Positions 1-9,730 of a DNA stretch of 64,000 nt are shown piece after piece. The translations under genes were made by a program, and so were the position numbers. Source of the stretch: an uncultured Gammaproteobacteria bacterium (lineage in GTDB: Bacteria; Pseudomonadota; Gammaproteobacteria; Steroidobacterales; Steroidobacteraceae). The DNA lies in contig CAWCBJ010000004.1 in assembly GCA_963793685.1 (NCBI GenBank), positions 82,618 through 146,617 on the forward strand. The letters are read 5' to 3'. The notes below the pieces were generated by a model that was not told the origin of the DNA, searched no databases, and saw only the letters and a program-made list of their open reading frames with translations. Position 1 is the first letter of the stretch; each line of letters opens with the position of its first letter.

Positions 1-236
1 TGGCGGGACCCGTCGGCGAAGCGCTCATCATGACCGCCATCGGGTTGGCGGTGGCCGTGCCTGCGGTGTTGGGCTACAACATCCTACTGCGCCGCAATAA
101 GGGCACCCAGGAACGCGTCAGCCATTTCACGCATGAACTGCACGCCTACTTGATTTCGGGTGTGAAGATGGGACTGGGCATGGAAAAGGGCCCCGCCGCA
201 TCCGTCGGCAAACCCGCGCCTGCTGCGGCCCGCTAG
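1..236 (+). CDS. exbB: ExbB/TolQ/MotA-family proton-channel protein, 3' part only (gene starts upstream of window)
   Basis: Frame is open from the window edge. ...GEALIMTAIGLAVAVPAVLGYNILLRR... is the conserved C-terminal TM helix of ExbB/TolQ. Two exbD genes follow 13 nt downstream. Confidence 0.8.
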   Translation, partial: AGPVGEALIMTAIGLAVAVPAVLGYNILLRRNKGTQERVSHFTHELHAYLISGVKMGLGMEKGPAASVGKPAPAAAR

Positions 237-248
237 GAATCGAAGTCC

Positions 249-680
249 ATGGCGCTGAACGTCGGTACTGAGAGCGAAGGCGAAGCGATGTCGGACATCA
301 ACGTCACGCCCTTGGTGGACGTGATGTTGGTGTTGCTGATCATTTTCATCATAACGATTCGGGTCATCATTCAGCAGATCCCGGTGGAATTGCCGAAGGC
401 CACCAATCTGCCGACGCAGACCAGGCCTGAAAATATCACCATCGCCATCGACAAGGAGGGCGATATTTTCTGGAATACGCAGAAAGTGAGCGGCCAAGAT
501 GATCTCAAGGCGCGCTTGCGCGCCATTGCGCGCGAGGAGCCGCAGCCGGAAGTGCACATTCGCGGCGATTCGAACGTGCGCTATCAGTACGTGGGACAAG
601 TGCTCGTCGCCACTCAGCAGATCGGCATCCGCAAAGTGGCTTTCATCACCACACCCGATCATTTCGGCCCCGGCACCTAG
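249..680 (+). CDS. exbD: biopolymer transport protein ExbD/TolR
   Basis: 143 aa with the ExbD/TolR signature TM segment INVTPLVDVMLVLLIIFIIT. Confidence 0.9.
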   Translation: MALNVGTESEGEAMSDINVTPLVDVMLVLLIIFIITIRVIIQQIPVELPKATNLPTQTRPENITIAIDKEGDIFWNTQKVSGQDDLKARLRAIAREEPQPEVHIRGDSNVRYQYVGQVLVATQQIGIRKVAFITTPDHFGPGT

Positions 681-692
681 GAGAGACCCAAC

Positions 693-1109
693 ATGGCGAT
701 GGCAGTTGGCAGCGCGGAAGGGCAGTCGTATTCGGAGATCAACATGACGCCGTTAATCGACGTCATGCTGGTGCTGCTCATCATTTTCATCATCACGATC
801 CCAACCCAAACACACGCGGTCAAGATCGACAACCCGTTGCCGCCGCCACCGAACTTCGTGCCGCCGCCGCCTCCGGAAGTCATTGATTTGTCGATCGACT
901 TTGACGGCACATTGCTCTGGAACAAGACCCCGGTGGATCGGGCAACGCTGCAGAGCTACATCAGTTCAGAGTCGACCAAGGATCCGCAGCCGGAGGTGCA
1001 CATCACGGTCGATAAATTCGCCAAGTATGAAATCGTGGCTCAGACGCTGGCCGACCTGCAGCACCGCGGACTGAAGAAGATTGGATTCGTCAACAACGAT
1101 TATTTCTAA
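693..1109 (+). CDS. exbD: second ExbD/TolR paralogue
   Basis: 138 aa with INMTPLIDVMLVLLIIFIIT followed by a Pro-rich linker PPPPNFVPPPPP. Confidence 0.9.
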   Translation: MAMAVGSAEGQSYSEINMTPLIDVMLVLLIIFIITIPTQTHAVKIDNPLPPPPNFVPPPPPEVIDLSIDFDGTLLWNKTPVDRATLQSYISSESTKDPQPEVHITVDKFAKYEIVAQTLADLQHRGLKKIGFVNNDYF

Positions 1110-1233
1110 CTAGGATCCTGAGCGGGTATCTCGGCGCGTCGACCCCTTAAATAGATCGTGGGTTCACGCGCCGTTTGTTTGACCGGCCGCCCACAAGCAC
1201 AATTTGAGATCGCAAAGCAGCGAGGATGCACTC

Positions 1234-2514
1234 ATGACTCAATCGATTCCACACATGGTTCCCGGGCGGTTCGAGCGCTGGACTCGCGGCGCGAGCCTAG
1301 GGCTTATGCTCGCCGTAGCATGCGTTGCCATGACTTCAGCGGCTGCGGCGGCCGACAAGCCCAAGGGACCGGAAATCAGCCGCGTCATTGCCAAGGAAAT
1401 GATGGCGGCGCAGAAGGCTCTGCAAGCGGGACAGTGGGCCGAGGCGCTCAAGAATTTGGATGAGGCCGAGACGAAATCTCCGCTCACCGCATTCGATAAA
1501 AAGACCATCTACGACTTCAAGGGCATTGCAGACGTCAGACTCAACAACTTGAAGGCGGCTCAAGTTGAATTCGAAAAAATGCTGGCCACGGGCGCCGCGA
1601 CTCCGGAAGAAGTCACCAGCACCACCCGCACGCTGTTCAGCATCTCCGCGAGCACCAACCAGTATCAGAAAACCATCGATTACGGCAAGCAGATGGTCGA
1701 TGCGGGGACCGCAACCCCCGACAATGTCGCGATCATTGCGCAGAGTTACTACCAGTTGAAGGACTGCAAGAACGCCAGTGCGTGGGCGGATAAGGCGATT
1801 GCCGCGAGCCGCAAGGCCGGCGAGACGCCCAAGGAGAATATCTTTCTGTTCAAATTGCAGTGTGCCTCCGACTCGGGCGACACCGCGACGATGGACGCGG
1901 TGCTTATCGATCTCATCCGCCTCAACAATAAGACGACGTATTGGAATACGTTGCTGCGCATAGAGCGCCAGGACGAGCGGGTCGACCGCAATACGTTGAT
2001 GATCTACCGCATCATGTACAACACCAACGCGATGAATGCGGATTCCGATTATATTGAAATGGCGCAGCTGCTGGCCGATGCCGCTCTGCCGGGAGAGGCG
2101 GAAACGGTACTCGAAAAGGCCATGTCCACGGGCGTGATCAAGGATGACCATAAGGAGCGCACCAACCGCCTCCTGACGTCCTTGAAGGCCCGTGCGGATG
2201 CCGACAAAAAGGGGCTGGCGCAGGAAGATGCCGAGGCGGCCAAGAATCCGGCGGGCGAACTCGATGTCAAGCTCGGCGAGGTGTACTACGGCTTCGGTGA
2301 CTATCAAAAGGCGGTGGACGCCATCAGCCGCGGTATCCAAAAGGGTCAGGTCAAACACCTGGACGAGGCGTACGTGTATCTCGGCCTCGCGCAGGCCCAG
2401 CTCAAGAATTTCGCGGAGGCCAAACGCACCTTCGCCAACCTGAAACTCGTTCCGGACATCAGCCCGCGAGTGCTGAAGTTGTGGACGCTTTACGCCGAAA
2501 AGCTCGGCTCATGA
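1234..2514 (+). CDS. TPR-repeat exported protein downstream of the ExbBD module
   Basis: ORF 1204..2514. Signal-peptide-like LGLMLAVACVAMTSAAAAA. Several TPR-like helices (YYQLKDCKNA, YYGFGDYQKAV, YLGLAQAQLKNFAEA). Start at 1204(TTG), 1234 or 1255 is unresolved. Confidence 0.7.
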   Translation: MTQSIPHMVPGRFERWTRGASLGLMLAVACVAMTSAAAAADKPKGPEISRVIAKEMMAAQKALQAGQWAEALKNLDEAETKSPLTAFDKKTIYDFKGIADVRLNNLKAAQVEFEKMLATGAATPEEVTSTTRTLFSISASTNQYQKTIDYGKQMVDAGTATPDNVAIIAQSYYQLKDCKNASAWADKAIAASRKAGETPKENIFLFKLQCASDSGDTATMDAVLIDLIRLNNKTTYWNTLLRIERQDERVDRNTLMIYRIMYNTNAMNADSDYIEMAQLLADAALPGEAETVLEKAMSTGVIKDDHKERTNRLLTSLKARADADKKGLAQEDAEAAKNPAGELDVKLGEVYYGFGDYQKAVDAISRGIQKGQVKHLDEAYVYLGLAQAQLKNFAEAKRTFANLKLVPDISPRVLKLWTLYAEKLGS

Positions 2515-2539
2515 GTGGCTAGGTCAGAGGAGAATTGCA

Positions 2540-3022
2540 ATGACGATCAAAGCCGGCGACAAGATGCCCGACGGTAAATTCACCCGCATGACCAAGGACG
2601 GGCCGCAGAAGCTTGCGGCCGACGAATTGTTCAAAGGCAAGACCGTGGTGCTGTTCTCGGTTCCCGGAGCGTTTACGCCGACCTGCGATGCCAAGCATTT
2701 GCCTGGTTTCGTCGAGTTGGCCGATCGGTTCAAGGCGAAGGGCGTGGACACCATCGCCTGTACGGCCGTCAATGATGTGTTCGTGATGAATGCGTGGGGT
2801 AAATCCGGCGGCGTCGGCGATAAGATTCTGATGTTGGCCGACGGCAACGGCGAGTACGTCAAGGCGCTCGGCCTTGAATTGAACGCCACCGGCCACGGCA
2901 TGGGGATGCGCGGGCAACGCTTCGCCGTCGTCGTCAAGAACGGGATCGCCACTCATGTGCACGTGGAAGCGCCGGGCGAGTTCAAGGTGTCCGCGGCGGA
3001 ATACGTGTTGAAGCAACTTTAG
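2540..3022 (+). CDS. peroxiredoxin, Prx5/AhpC-TSA family
   Basis: 160 aa with the PGAFTPTC peroxidatic-Cys motif typical of Prx5-type peroxiredoxins. Confidence 0.9.
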   Translation: MTIKAGDKMPDGKFTRMTKDGPQKLAADELFKGKTVVLFSVPGAFTPTCDAKHLPGFVELADRFKAKGVDTIACTAVNDVFVMNAWGKSGGVGDKILMLADGNGEYVKALGLELNATGHGMGMRGQRFAVVVKNGIATHVHVEAPGEFKVSAAEYVLKQL

Positions 3023-3029
3023 GCGCGCC

Positions 3030-5361
3030 TTGCTAGCCCTGCGGACTTCGCCGCCGGTTTTCGCGGCTGCGGAGGCCGAACGGATCGCGCGCGACTGCTA
3101 TGGTCTTGCGGTTTCGGTGCGGCCGCTGTCGGGGGAACGCGACAGCAACTTTCGCCTGCGCGGCGCGGATCAGCGCGAATACGTACTGAAAATACTCGAT
3201 CGCGAAGCCACCCCCGAAGCAATTGACTGCCAAATCCGCGTGCTGCGTCATTTGGCTGAAGCCGACCCGGCGTTGCCGGTGCCGCGCATCTATGCCACCG
3301 CGCACGGCGAGGATGTCGGCACCATCCGACGGGACGACGGTATCTACACGACCTGCCTCATGGGATACCTGCCGGGGCAACTGCTCGCGCAACGCGCTCC
3401 CGCCGCGGTGCTGCTGCGCAATCTCGGCGACACCCTGGCGCGTCTGGATCGGGCATTGCAGGGCTTCTTCCATCCCGCGCTCGCGCAGCGTTTGGCGTGG
3501 GACGTCAGGCGCCTTTCCGAACTCGTCGAATTCGCCGCCTATATAGATTCCGCTGCCGCTCCGAAATAGGGTCGAGGAGGTGTCAGCGGCGCTCGCGAAG
3601 CGGATGCCGGCGCTGCGTGCGCTGCGCAGTCAGGCGATTCACGGCGATTGCCATGGTCATAACCTCTTGGTCGACGCCGAGGGGGTCGGCATTAGCGGTA
3701 TTCTGGATTTCGGCGACATGATTCACGCGCCTCTGGTTTTGGAGCCCGCGGTTGCGATGTCCGAATTGCTCACCGATGATCTGGCGCCGTTGGACGCCCT
3801 GTCGTTGTTGCTGCGCGGTTACACACAGCGCCAACCGCTGGAAGCCGCCGACGTGGAGGTTCTTTATGATCTCATCGCGGCGCGCCACGCCATCACCATT
3901 CTGGTGCACGCCTTCAGGGGGCGGCAGGACGATCGCGGAGCGCCGGCTCTCGATCGCTCGGCAGCCCTTGCCGCGCGTTCTCTCGATCTCTTGATGCAGG
4001 CCGGCCGCGATTCCTTGACCAGGACTTGGCACGACGCCGCGGACTCGACCTCGCCGAGCGGGGTGTGGACGGCAGCCTCGGTCGACCTGTCGCGCCGGCA
4101 TCGCCTGATGGGTGCCGGGGCCGAGCTCTTTTATGAGCAGCCGCTGCACATCGTGCGCGGCAGCGGGGTGTGGCTCTACGACGGGAACGGGCGCTCCTAC
4201 CTCGATGTGTACAACAACGTGCCGCACGTGGGCCACGCCCATCCGGCGGTGGTTCAGGCGATACAGAAGCAGTCGGCGATCTTGTCGACTCACACGCGCT
4301 ATCTGCACGGCGGTATTCTCGAGTATGCGGAACGGCTGACCGCAACTCTGCCGGCCCATCTCGACGCCTGCATCTTCGTCAACTCCGGCAGCGAGGCCAA
4401 TGACGTCGCATGGCGGATCGCACAATCGGCCACCGGCCATCGGGGCGGCTTGGTGATGAAAAACGCCTACCACGGCATTACGGATGCCGTGGCGGCACTC
4501 ACGCCGAGTACCGGAGAGCCGCGCGACACTCGGGTCATGACGCTGGCGATACCTCCCACGGGCTGCCGCGCGGACGAAGCGCTGGCGCCTGCCGAGCTTG
4601 CTGCGGCGGCGCAGGATGCGGTCCGCGCCATTCATACCCTGGCGAGCCGCGGCTTCGCGCCCGCCGCATTTTTCATCGACTCCGCCTTGACCAGCTCCGG
4701 CATCCTCGATCCGCCGCCTGACTGGGCTGCTGCCGCGATTGAACGGGTGCGGGCGGCCGGAGGTCTCATCGTGGCCGATGAAGTGCAGTACGGGCTGGGC
4801 CGATCCGGGTCGCACTTCTGGGGGTTCGCGCGCCGCGGTTTCGAACCCGATATCGTCACGCTCGGAAAGCCGGTGGGCAATGGCTATCCGATGGGCGTGG
4901 TCATCGCAAACCGGGCGCTGATCGAGGCATTCCAGGCAAAATACGGCTTCTTTTCCACCTTCGGCGGCAATCCCGTGGCGGCAGCCGCGGGGCTTGCGGT
5001 GCTCGAGGTGCTCGATCGGGAGCATCTTGTGTCCAATGCTTACAGTACCGGAGAGTACCTGCGCCAACGATTGACCGAGTTGGCCACCCGGCATCCATGT
5101 TTCGGAGCGGTACGCGGGGCGGGCCTTCTGCTCGGGCTCGAAATCATCGGGCTGCCGACTGACCCGGCGCGCCAGCGCGCCAAGCGGATCATCAATATCC
5201 TGGCGTCCCAGGCGCGGGTGCTCATCGGCTACGAAGGGCCTGAGGCCGACGTGTTGAAGCTGCGGCCACCGATGCCGTTTCGTGCCGAGCACGCCGATCT
5301 GTTGGTCAGCGCGCTCGATGCTGCCGCGACGGTGGTCGAGGCGCACGGCGCCGGTGCATGA
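3030..5361 (+). pseudogene. fused APH-like kinase / class-III PLP aminotransferase-fold enzyme, split by a +1 frameshift near 3547-3569
   Basis: ORF 3030..3569 holds only the N-lobe of an aminoglycoside-phosphotransferase-like kinase. ORF 3580..5361 begins inside the same domain (catalytic HGDCHGHNLLVD, then DFGD). It continues into a class-III aminotransferase (GSEANDVAWRIA, DEVQYGLGRSGSHFWGF, VTLGKPVGNGYPMG). The span is 2332 nt = 3n+1. Confidence 0.8.
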
Positions 5362-5436
5362 CCGGCTCACGGCGCAAGGGCTCGGGGGATGCGGATATCC
5401 GCCCTTACCGGCCGCTGAGAACCCCGCCTCGTGCGA

Positions 5437-6597
5437 CTACGATGAACGCGCTGATGGTGCCGGCGGCCCCGAAGCTTCCATGATGCGGCGCGAGTTATCC
5501 GGCGAACGAAACAACAAGGGTCGCTCCGGAACCTTTTCTCCCGCTGCAATTGCCGCCAACACGATGCCGTGGTGCGGCGATTTATCGCAGGCAGGGTCGG
5601 TAGCCCCGATATCGCCCGTAAGAAGATAGGCTTGGCATCGGCAGCCGCCGAGGTCCTTGGCGCGCTCCGGACAACTGCGGCAGGGTTCCGGCATCCAGGC
5701 CTCGCCGCGAAATCGGTTGAACGCCGGGGCATCGAACCATATCTCGCGAACGCTCGAGCTGCGAACGGAAGGAAACGCAAGACCGGGCAACATGCGGGCC
5801 GCCTGACAGGGCAGCGCCGTCCCGTCCGGACTTACGCAGAGGATGGTGGTTCCCCAGCCGTTCATGCAGCGTTTCGGTCGTCCTTCGAAATAATCCGGCA
5901 CGACAAACAGAAGCCGCAAGCGATTTCCGAGAGTCGCACGGCGCTCGGCCACAACCGCTTCGGCGCGCTCGAGTTGCTCGCGGCTCGGCATGAGATGATC
6001 GCGGTTGAGCAGTGCCCAGCCGTAATACTGCGTGTTGGCGAGCTCCAGATATTCCGCGCCGATGTCGAGCGCCAGATCGATGATGCGATCGACATGATCG
6101 ATGTTGAGACGATGGATGACGCAGTTCATGACCATGGGAAAGCCATGGCCCTTGATCAGCTCGGCCACGCGCCGCTTGAGATCAAAGGTGCGTGTGCTCG
6201 ACAGGAAATCGTTCACCTCGCGAGTGGAATCCTGGAACGAAAGCTGAATGTGATCGAGCCCGGCCTCCTTCAACGAACGGATGCGGGCCTCATTCAGGCC
6301 GGCTCCGGAGGTAATGAGATTCGTGTAGTAGCCGAGCCTGTGCGCCTCGGCGACCAGCACTTCCAAATCCTTGCGCGTCAGGGGCTCGCCCCCCGAAAAG
6401 CCGAGTTGTACGGCACCCAAGGCACGCGCCTCTGTCAGCACCCGAATCCAGTCCGTCGTCGAGAGTTCGTTATTCTGCGCCGCGAAATCCAAGGGATTGG
6501 AGCAGAACACGCAGTGCAGAGGACAGGTATAAGTGAGTTCGGCAACGAGCCACAGCGGCGGCGTGACGGCGGCGGAGGCGACGGGGTTTGCGCTCAT
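5437..6597 (-). CDS. pqqE: PQQ biosynthesis radical-SAM protein PqqE
   Basis: Start is the internal ATG at 6597 (MSANPV...) of ORF 5437..6819. CPLHCVFCSNP radical-SAM cluster motif. The ATGA overlaps the pqqD stop. Confidence 0.9.
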   Translation of the reverse strand: MSANPVASAAVTPPLWLVAELTYTCPLHCVFCSNPLDFAAQNNELSTTDWIRVLTEARALGAVQLGFSGGEPLTRKDLEVLVAEAHRLGYYTNLITSGAGLNEARIRSLKEAGLDHIQLSFQDSTREVNDFLSSTRTFDLKRRVAELIKGHGFPMVMNCVIHRLNIDHVDRIIDLALDIGAEYLELANTQYYGWALLNRDHLMPSREQLERAEAVVAERRATLGNRLRLLFVVPDYFEGRPKRCMNGWGTTILCVSPDGTALPCQAARMLPGLAFPSVRSSSVREIWFDAPAFNRFRGEAWMPEPCRSCPERAKDLGGCRCQAYLLTGDIGATDPACDKSPHHGIVLAAIAAGEKVPERPLLFRSPDNSRRIMEASGPPAPSARSS

Positions 6598-6884
6598 CGG
6601 TCGACCCACTCGACCCAGCCCTTGTCGGTGGCCACCTTCAGGAACGCCTCGACATCCGCGCCAAGACCGGTGGCTGCGAATGCGTTCTCGAGGTCCGCGA
6701 CGATCTCGGCCACGGATTTCGTGCCGTCGCAGCGAAGCAAAATTTGCCCGGCGCTCGCGTTCAACTTGACCATGCCCTCGGGAAACAGCAGCACATGAGC
6801 CTGCTGGGCCTCCTCCCACTGCAGTCGATACAGTCGGGCGACGCGGGGATGGGCCGACTTCTCAGTGTGCGCCGAATCAGTCAC
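6594..6884 (-). CDS. pqqD: PQQ biosynthesis peptide chaperone PqqD
   Basis: About 96 aa ending ...[36 protein letters not shown]...KGWVEWVDR. Candidate GTG start at 6884 overlaps the pqqC stop (GTGA). Confidence 0.8.
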   Translation of the reverse strand: MTDSAHTEKSAHPRVARLYRLQWEEAQQAHVLLFPEGMVKLNASAGQILLRCDGTKSVAEIVADLENAFAATGLGADVEAFLKVATDKGWVEWVDR

Positions 6885-7593
6885 CGGCGGGTCCGAAGCG
6901 CAGTTGAATGGCGTCGAGCATCGACCACAGGATGTCGAGCTTGAACTGCAGAATCTCGAGTGCCCGGTCTTGCGCCTCCCGGGTGGTGAAGTACGCCAGA
7001 GTGATCTTGAGGCCGTGTTCGACGTCGCGGGTCGCGAGAGGAATGCGGCTTCGGAAATACGCAAGTCCCGCGGAGTCGATCCAGGGATAGTGAACCGGCC
7101 AGGTCGCGAGCCGCTCCTTGTGGATCTGCGGGGCGAATAGTTCCGTCAACGAAGCGCAAACGGCCTCTTGCCAGGGGCGTCGGCGCGCAAAGTCGACGTA
7201 GGCGTCGACCGCGAAACGCACACCGGGGACGAGGTCGCGCAGCGACCACAAATCCTCCCGTGAAATTCCAACCGCTTCGCCGAGTTTGACCCAGGCTTCG
7301 ATGCCTCCGGGGTCCTGATCGGTGCCGTCGTGATCGAGGATGCGGCGCACCCATTGGCGCCTGACATCCCGGTCGGGGCAGTTGGCCATCAGCGCGGCAT
7401 CTTTCAGCGGAATATTGATCTGGTAATAAAAGCGATTGGCCACCCAGCCGCGGATCTGTTCGGCGCTTGCGCGGCCCGCGTTCAATGCCACGTTGAAGGG
7501 GTGATGAATGTGATAGGCCTGGCCTTTGGCCCGCAGGGCTTGCTCGAAGTCCGCCGCGTTCCAGGGTTCCAACCTACCGGATGCCCTGCTCAC
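6877..7593 (-). CDS. pqqC: pyrroloquinoline-quinone synthase PqqC
   Basis: 238 aa with [14 protein letters not shown] and [21 protein letters not shown], as in PqqC. Lies between pqqB and pqqD. Confidence 0.9.
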   Translation of the reverse strand: MSRASGRLEPWNAADFEQALRAKGQAYHIHHPFNVALNAGRASAEQIRGWVANRFYYQINIPLKDAALMANCPDRDVRRQWVRRILDHDGTDQDPGGIEAWVKLGEAVGISREDLWSLRDLVPGVRFAVDAYVDFARRRPWQEAVCASLTELFAPQIHKERLATWPVHYPWIDSAGLAYFRSRIPLATRDVEHGLKITLAYFTTREAQDRALEILQFKLDILWSMLDAIQLRFGPAGD

Positions 7594-8507
7594 AGCCTGA
7601 TCTCCAATCCGTCGAATGCGACCTCGATGCCGGCGTCGGTAAGCGCCGCCCGTTCGGCGCTTAGCTCATCGAGTATCGGATTCGTGTTGTTGACGTGAAT
7701 CAAAATACGCCGTGTCGCGGCCGGCAGCTGCGCCAAGGTCTCGATCATGCCGCCGGTGCCGCTTTGCGGCAAATGCCCGAGTTCCGATGCGTGCTTGGAG
7801 GATACACCGGCGGCGATCATCTCGTCGTCCCGCCAGAAGGTGCCGTCCACCAGCACGCACTGACTCGCGAGCAGCGCCTCGCTAACCGATGCGCTGATGG
7901 TCGCGAGTCCGGGCGCGTACAGGGCGCGGCGGCTGCTTTTCATATCGCGAAATGACAGCGCAATGTTGTCACCGATCCGCGGGTTCTGGCGATTGGGCGA
8001 ATAGGGCCCGGCCTTGCCCTCGACGGTGAGGGCGGTAATCTCGATACCGGGCAGCGAGGGGATCTGAAACGGCCGGCCGTCGATGCCGATCGGGTGCCAC
8101 TCCACCCCGCAATAATGTTGCAGCACCGACAGCAGGGGAAGCCCCGAGGTCAAGTCGGTACGGACCGCCTCGGTCGTCCAGACCTCGAGCCGCCGGCGAT
8201 GCTCTCGCAGCAGCAGCAAGCCGATCGTATGATCGATCTGCCCATCGACCAGCAGCACGGCGGCGATCGGCGTATCGCGGACCCCGCTGCGCGGCTGAAG
8301 GCGCGGATTGGCGGCGATCTGGCGATGCAGATCGGGAGACGCATTGCAAAGTACCCATCGATCGCCATCGCTCGAGATCGCGATCGAGGATTGAGTTCGG
8401 GGGGTGGCCTTTATGGAACCATCGCGCATCCCGCGGCAGTTCTGGCAAGCGCAATTCCATTGCGGAAAGCCCCCGCCAGCCGCCGAGCCGAGAACATGAA
8501 TGAACAC
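7590..8507 (-). CDS. pqqB: PQQ biosynthesis protein PqqB (metallo-beta-lactamase fold)
   Basis: (M)[23 protein letters not shown] is the canonical PqqB N-terminus. GTG at 8507 gives 305 aa. The longer ORF start at 8558 is also possible. Confidence 0.85.
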   Translation of the reverse strand: MFIHVLGSAAGGGFPQWNCACQNCRGMRDGSIKATPRTQSSIAISSDGDRWVLCNASPDLHRQIAANPRLQPRSGVRDTPIAAVLLVDGQIDHTIGLLLLREHRRRLEVWTTEAVRTDLTSGLPLLSVLQHYCGVEWHPIGIDGRPFQIPSLPGIEITALTVEGKAGPYSPNRQNPRIGDNIALSFRDMKSSRRALYAPGLATISASVSEALLASQCVLVDGTFWRDDEMIAAGVSSKHASELGHLPQSGTGGMIETLAQLPAATRRILIHVNNTNPILDELSAERAALTDAGIEVAFDGLEIRL

Positions 8508-8584
8508 GATCCTGCGATTATGGACGAGGGGCGAGACCGTGGATCGGCTGCGCCCCAACGTTTTGGGGCGCTACCGCAAAGGCT

Positions 8585-8660
8585 TCAGCGAACCGAGACG
8601 TAGGAATTGATTTCCATTCCCAAATCGCAATTCGATCGCTGCTGGCGTTTCCCATCTCAT
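8585..8660 (-). pseudogene. pqqA: PQQ precursor peptide PqqA, interrupted by a 1-nt insertion in a G3 run
   Basis: Hand translation gives ATG(8660) MRWETPAAIELRFG. An extra G lies at 8619-8621 (plus-strand CCC). MEINSYVSVR-TGA(8585) follows in the +1 frame. Joined, this is MRWETPAAIELRFGMEINSYVSVR, with the PqqA E-x3-Y core. As written, the frame yields a 29-aa peptide without it. Confidence 0.85.
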
Positions 8661-8785
8661 GTCTGGCATTCCTCGAATAGTGAATCAGGCCCCGGCGCAG
8701 TATGTCCTGCCTGGTCGGCGTAATCAATGCTGCGGCCGCTCCGCGACCCCCGGATCGCCCGATTTGGACATAATTCAGAGCTGGC

Positions 8786-9730
8786 CTATGTTCCGACCAG
8801 CCGCTCGAGTTCCGGGACGATTTGAAACAGATCGCCCACCAATCCCACGTCGGCCACTTCGAAAATCGGCGCCTCGCCGTCCTTGTTGATCGCCACGATG
8901 GTGCGTGCATCCTTGATGCCCGTCAAATGCTGAATGGCGCCGGAGATGCCGATGGCGATGTAGATTTCGGGAGAGATGATCTTTCCCGTCTGGCCGACCT
9001 GCATTTCATTGGGAGCGTATCCGGCGTCGACCGCGGCACGCGATGCGCCGACGGCGGCGCCGATTTTGTCGGCGAAACTGAACAATAGCTTGAAATTCTC
9101 GGCGCTGCCGAGTGCGCGGCCGCCCGACACCACCCGCGATGCGGTCTGCAGGTCCGGACGATCCGTCGATCCGGATTTGGCGCCCACATAGCGCGTATGC
9201 GAGGGCAGGGCCACGCTCAAGGCCTTGGGCTCGATCGAGGCATTGCCGCCGCCGCTCGCGGCTTCGTAAGATGCCACGCGTACCGTCGCGATCAATTTGC
9301 GGCCCGGATCCGCTTCCACGGTCACGATGGCATTTCCGGCGTAAATGGGCCGGCGAAAGCGATAGGCCCCCTCGACGGCCATCAGGTCGCTCACCTGGGG
9401 CACACCGAGCAATGCCGCGACACGCGGCATGAGATCTTTGCCGAAGCTGGTCGAGGGCCCGAGGATGTGGCTGTAGCCGGCCGCCAGAGCTGCGATTTGC
9501 GGCGCCAATGTGGCCGCGAGCGGATGAGCATTCTCGGCGCGATCGATCCGCAACACCGTTTTGACACCCGACACCGCCGCGGCTTGTGCCGCAACGCTCG
9601 AGGTATCCGCGCCGAACAGCACGATGGTGATCTCGGCCTCCGGGATGGCCTTGGCGCAAGTGACGCATTTGGACGTCGCGGGATTGAGCGTCTTGCCCTC
9701 GTGTTCACCGACGATGAGTACCTTGTGCAT
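8786..9730 (-). CDS. etfA: electron transfer flavoprotein alpha subunit
   Basis: 314 aa with the C-terminal FAD-binding region IAIGISGAIQHLTGIKDARTIVAINKDGEAPIF. Confidence 0.9.
   Translation of the reverse strand: MHKVLIVGEHEGKTLNPATSKCVTCAKAIPEAEITIVLFGADTSSVAAQAAAVSGVKTVLRIDRAENAHPLAATLAPQIAALAAGYSHILGPSTSFGKDLMPRVAALLGVPQVSDLMAVEGAYRFRRPIYAGNAIVTVEADPGRKLIATVRVASYEAASGGGNASIEPKALSVALPSHTRYVGAKSGSTDRPDLQTASRVVSGGRALGSAENFKLLFSFADKIGAAVGASRAAVDAGYAPNEMQVGQTGKIISPEIYIAIGISGAIQHLTGIKDARTIVAINKDGEAPIFEVADVGLVGDLFQIVPELERLVGT

Noticed and set aside
3583-5370. 595-aa ORF on the minus strand mirroring the aminotransferase gene almost end to end
   Set aside because: This is a typical antisense shadow ORF of high-GC DNA. 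Its product is Arg/Gly/Pro-rich with no motif. The plus strand carries clear PLP-enzyme motifs (DEVQYGLGR, GKPVGNGYPMG).
5569-6798. 409-aa plus-strand ORF antisense to pqqE
   Set aside because: Same shadow-ORF phenomenon. The minus strand encodes an unmistakable radical-SAM PqqE in the correct operon position.
8518-8910. 130-aa minus-strand ORF covering the pqqA region
   Set aside because: This is the third frame across pqqA and the pqq promoter, with no motif. The two other frames together encode a perfect PqqA.
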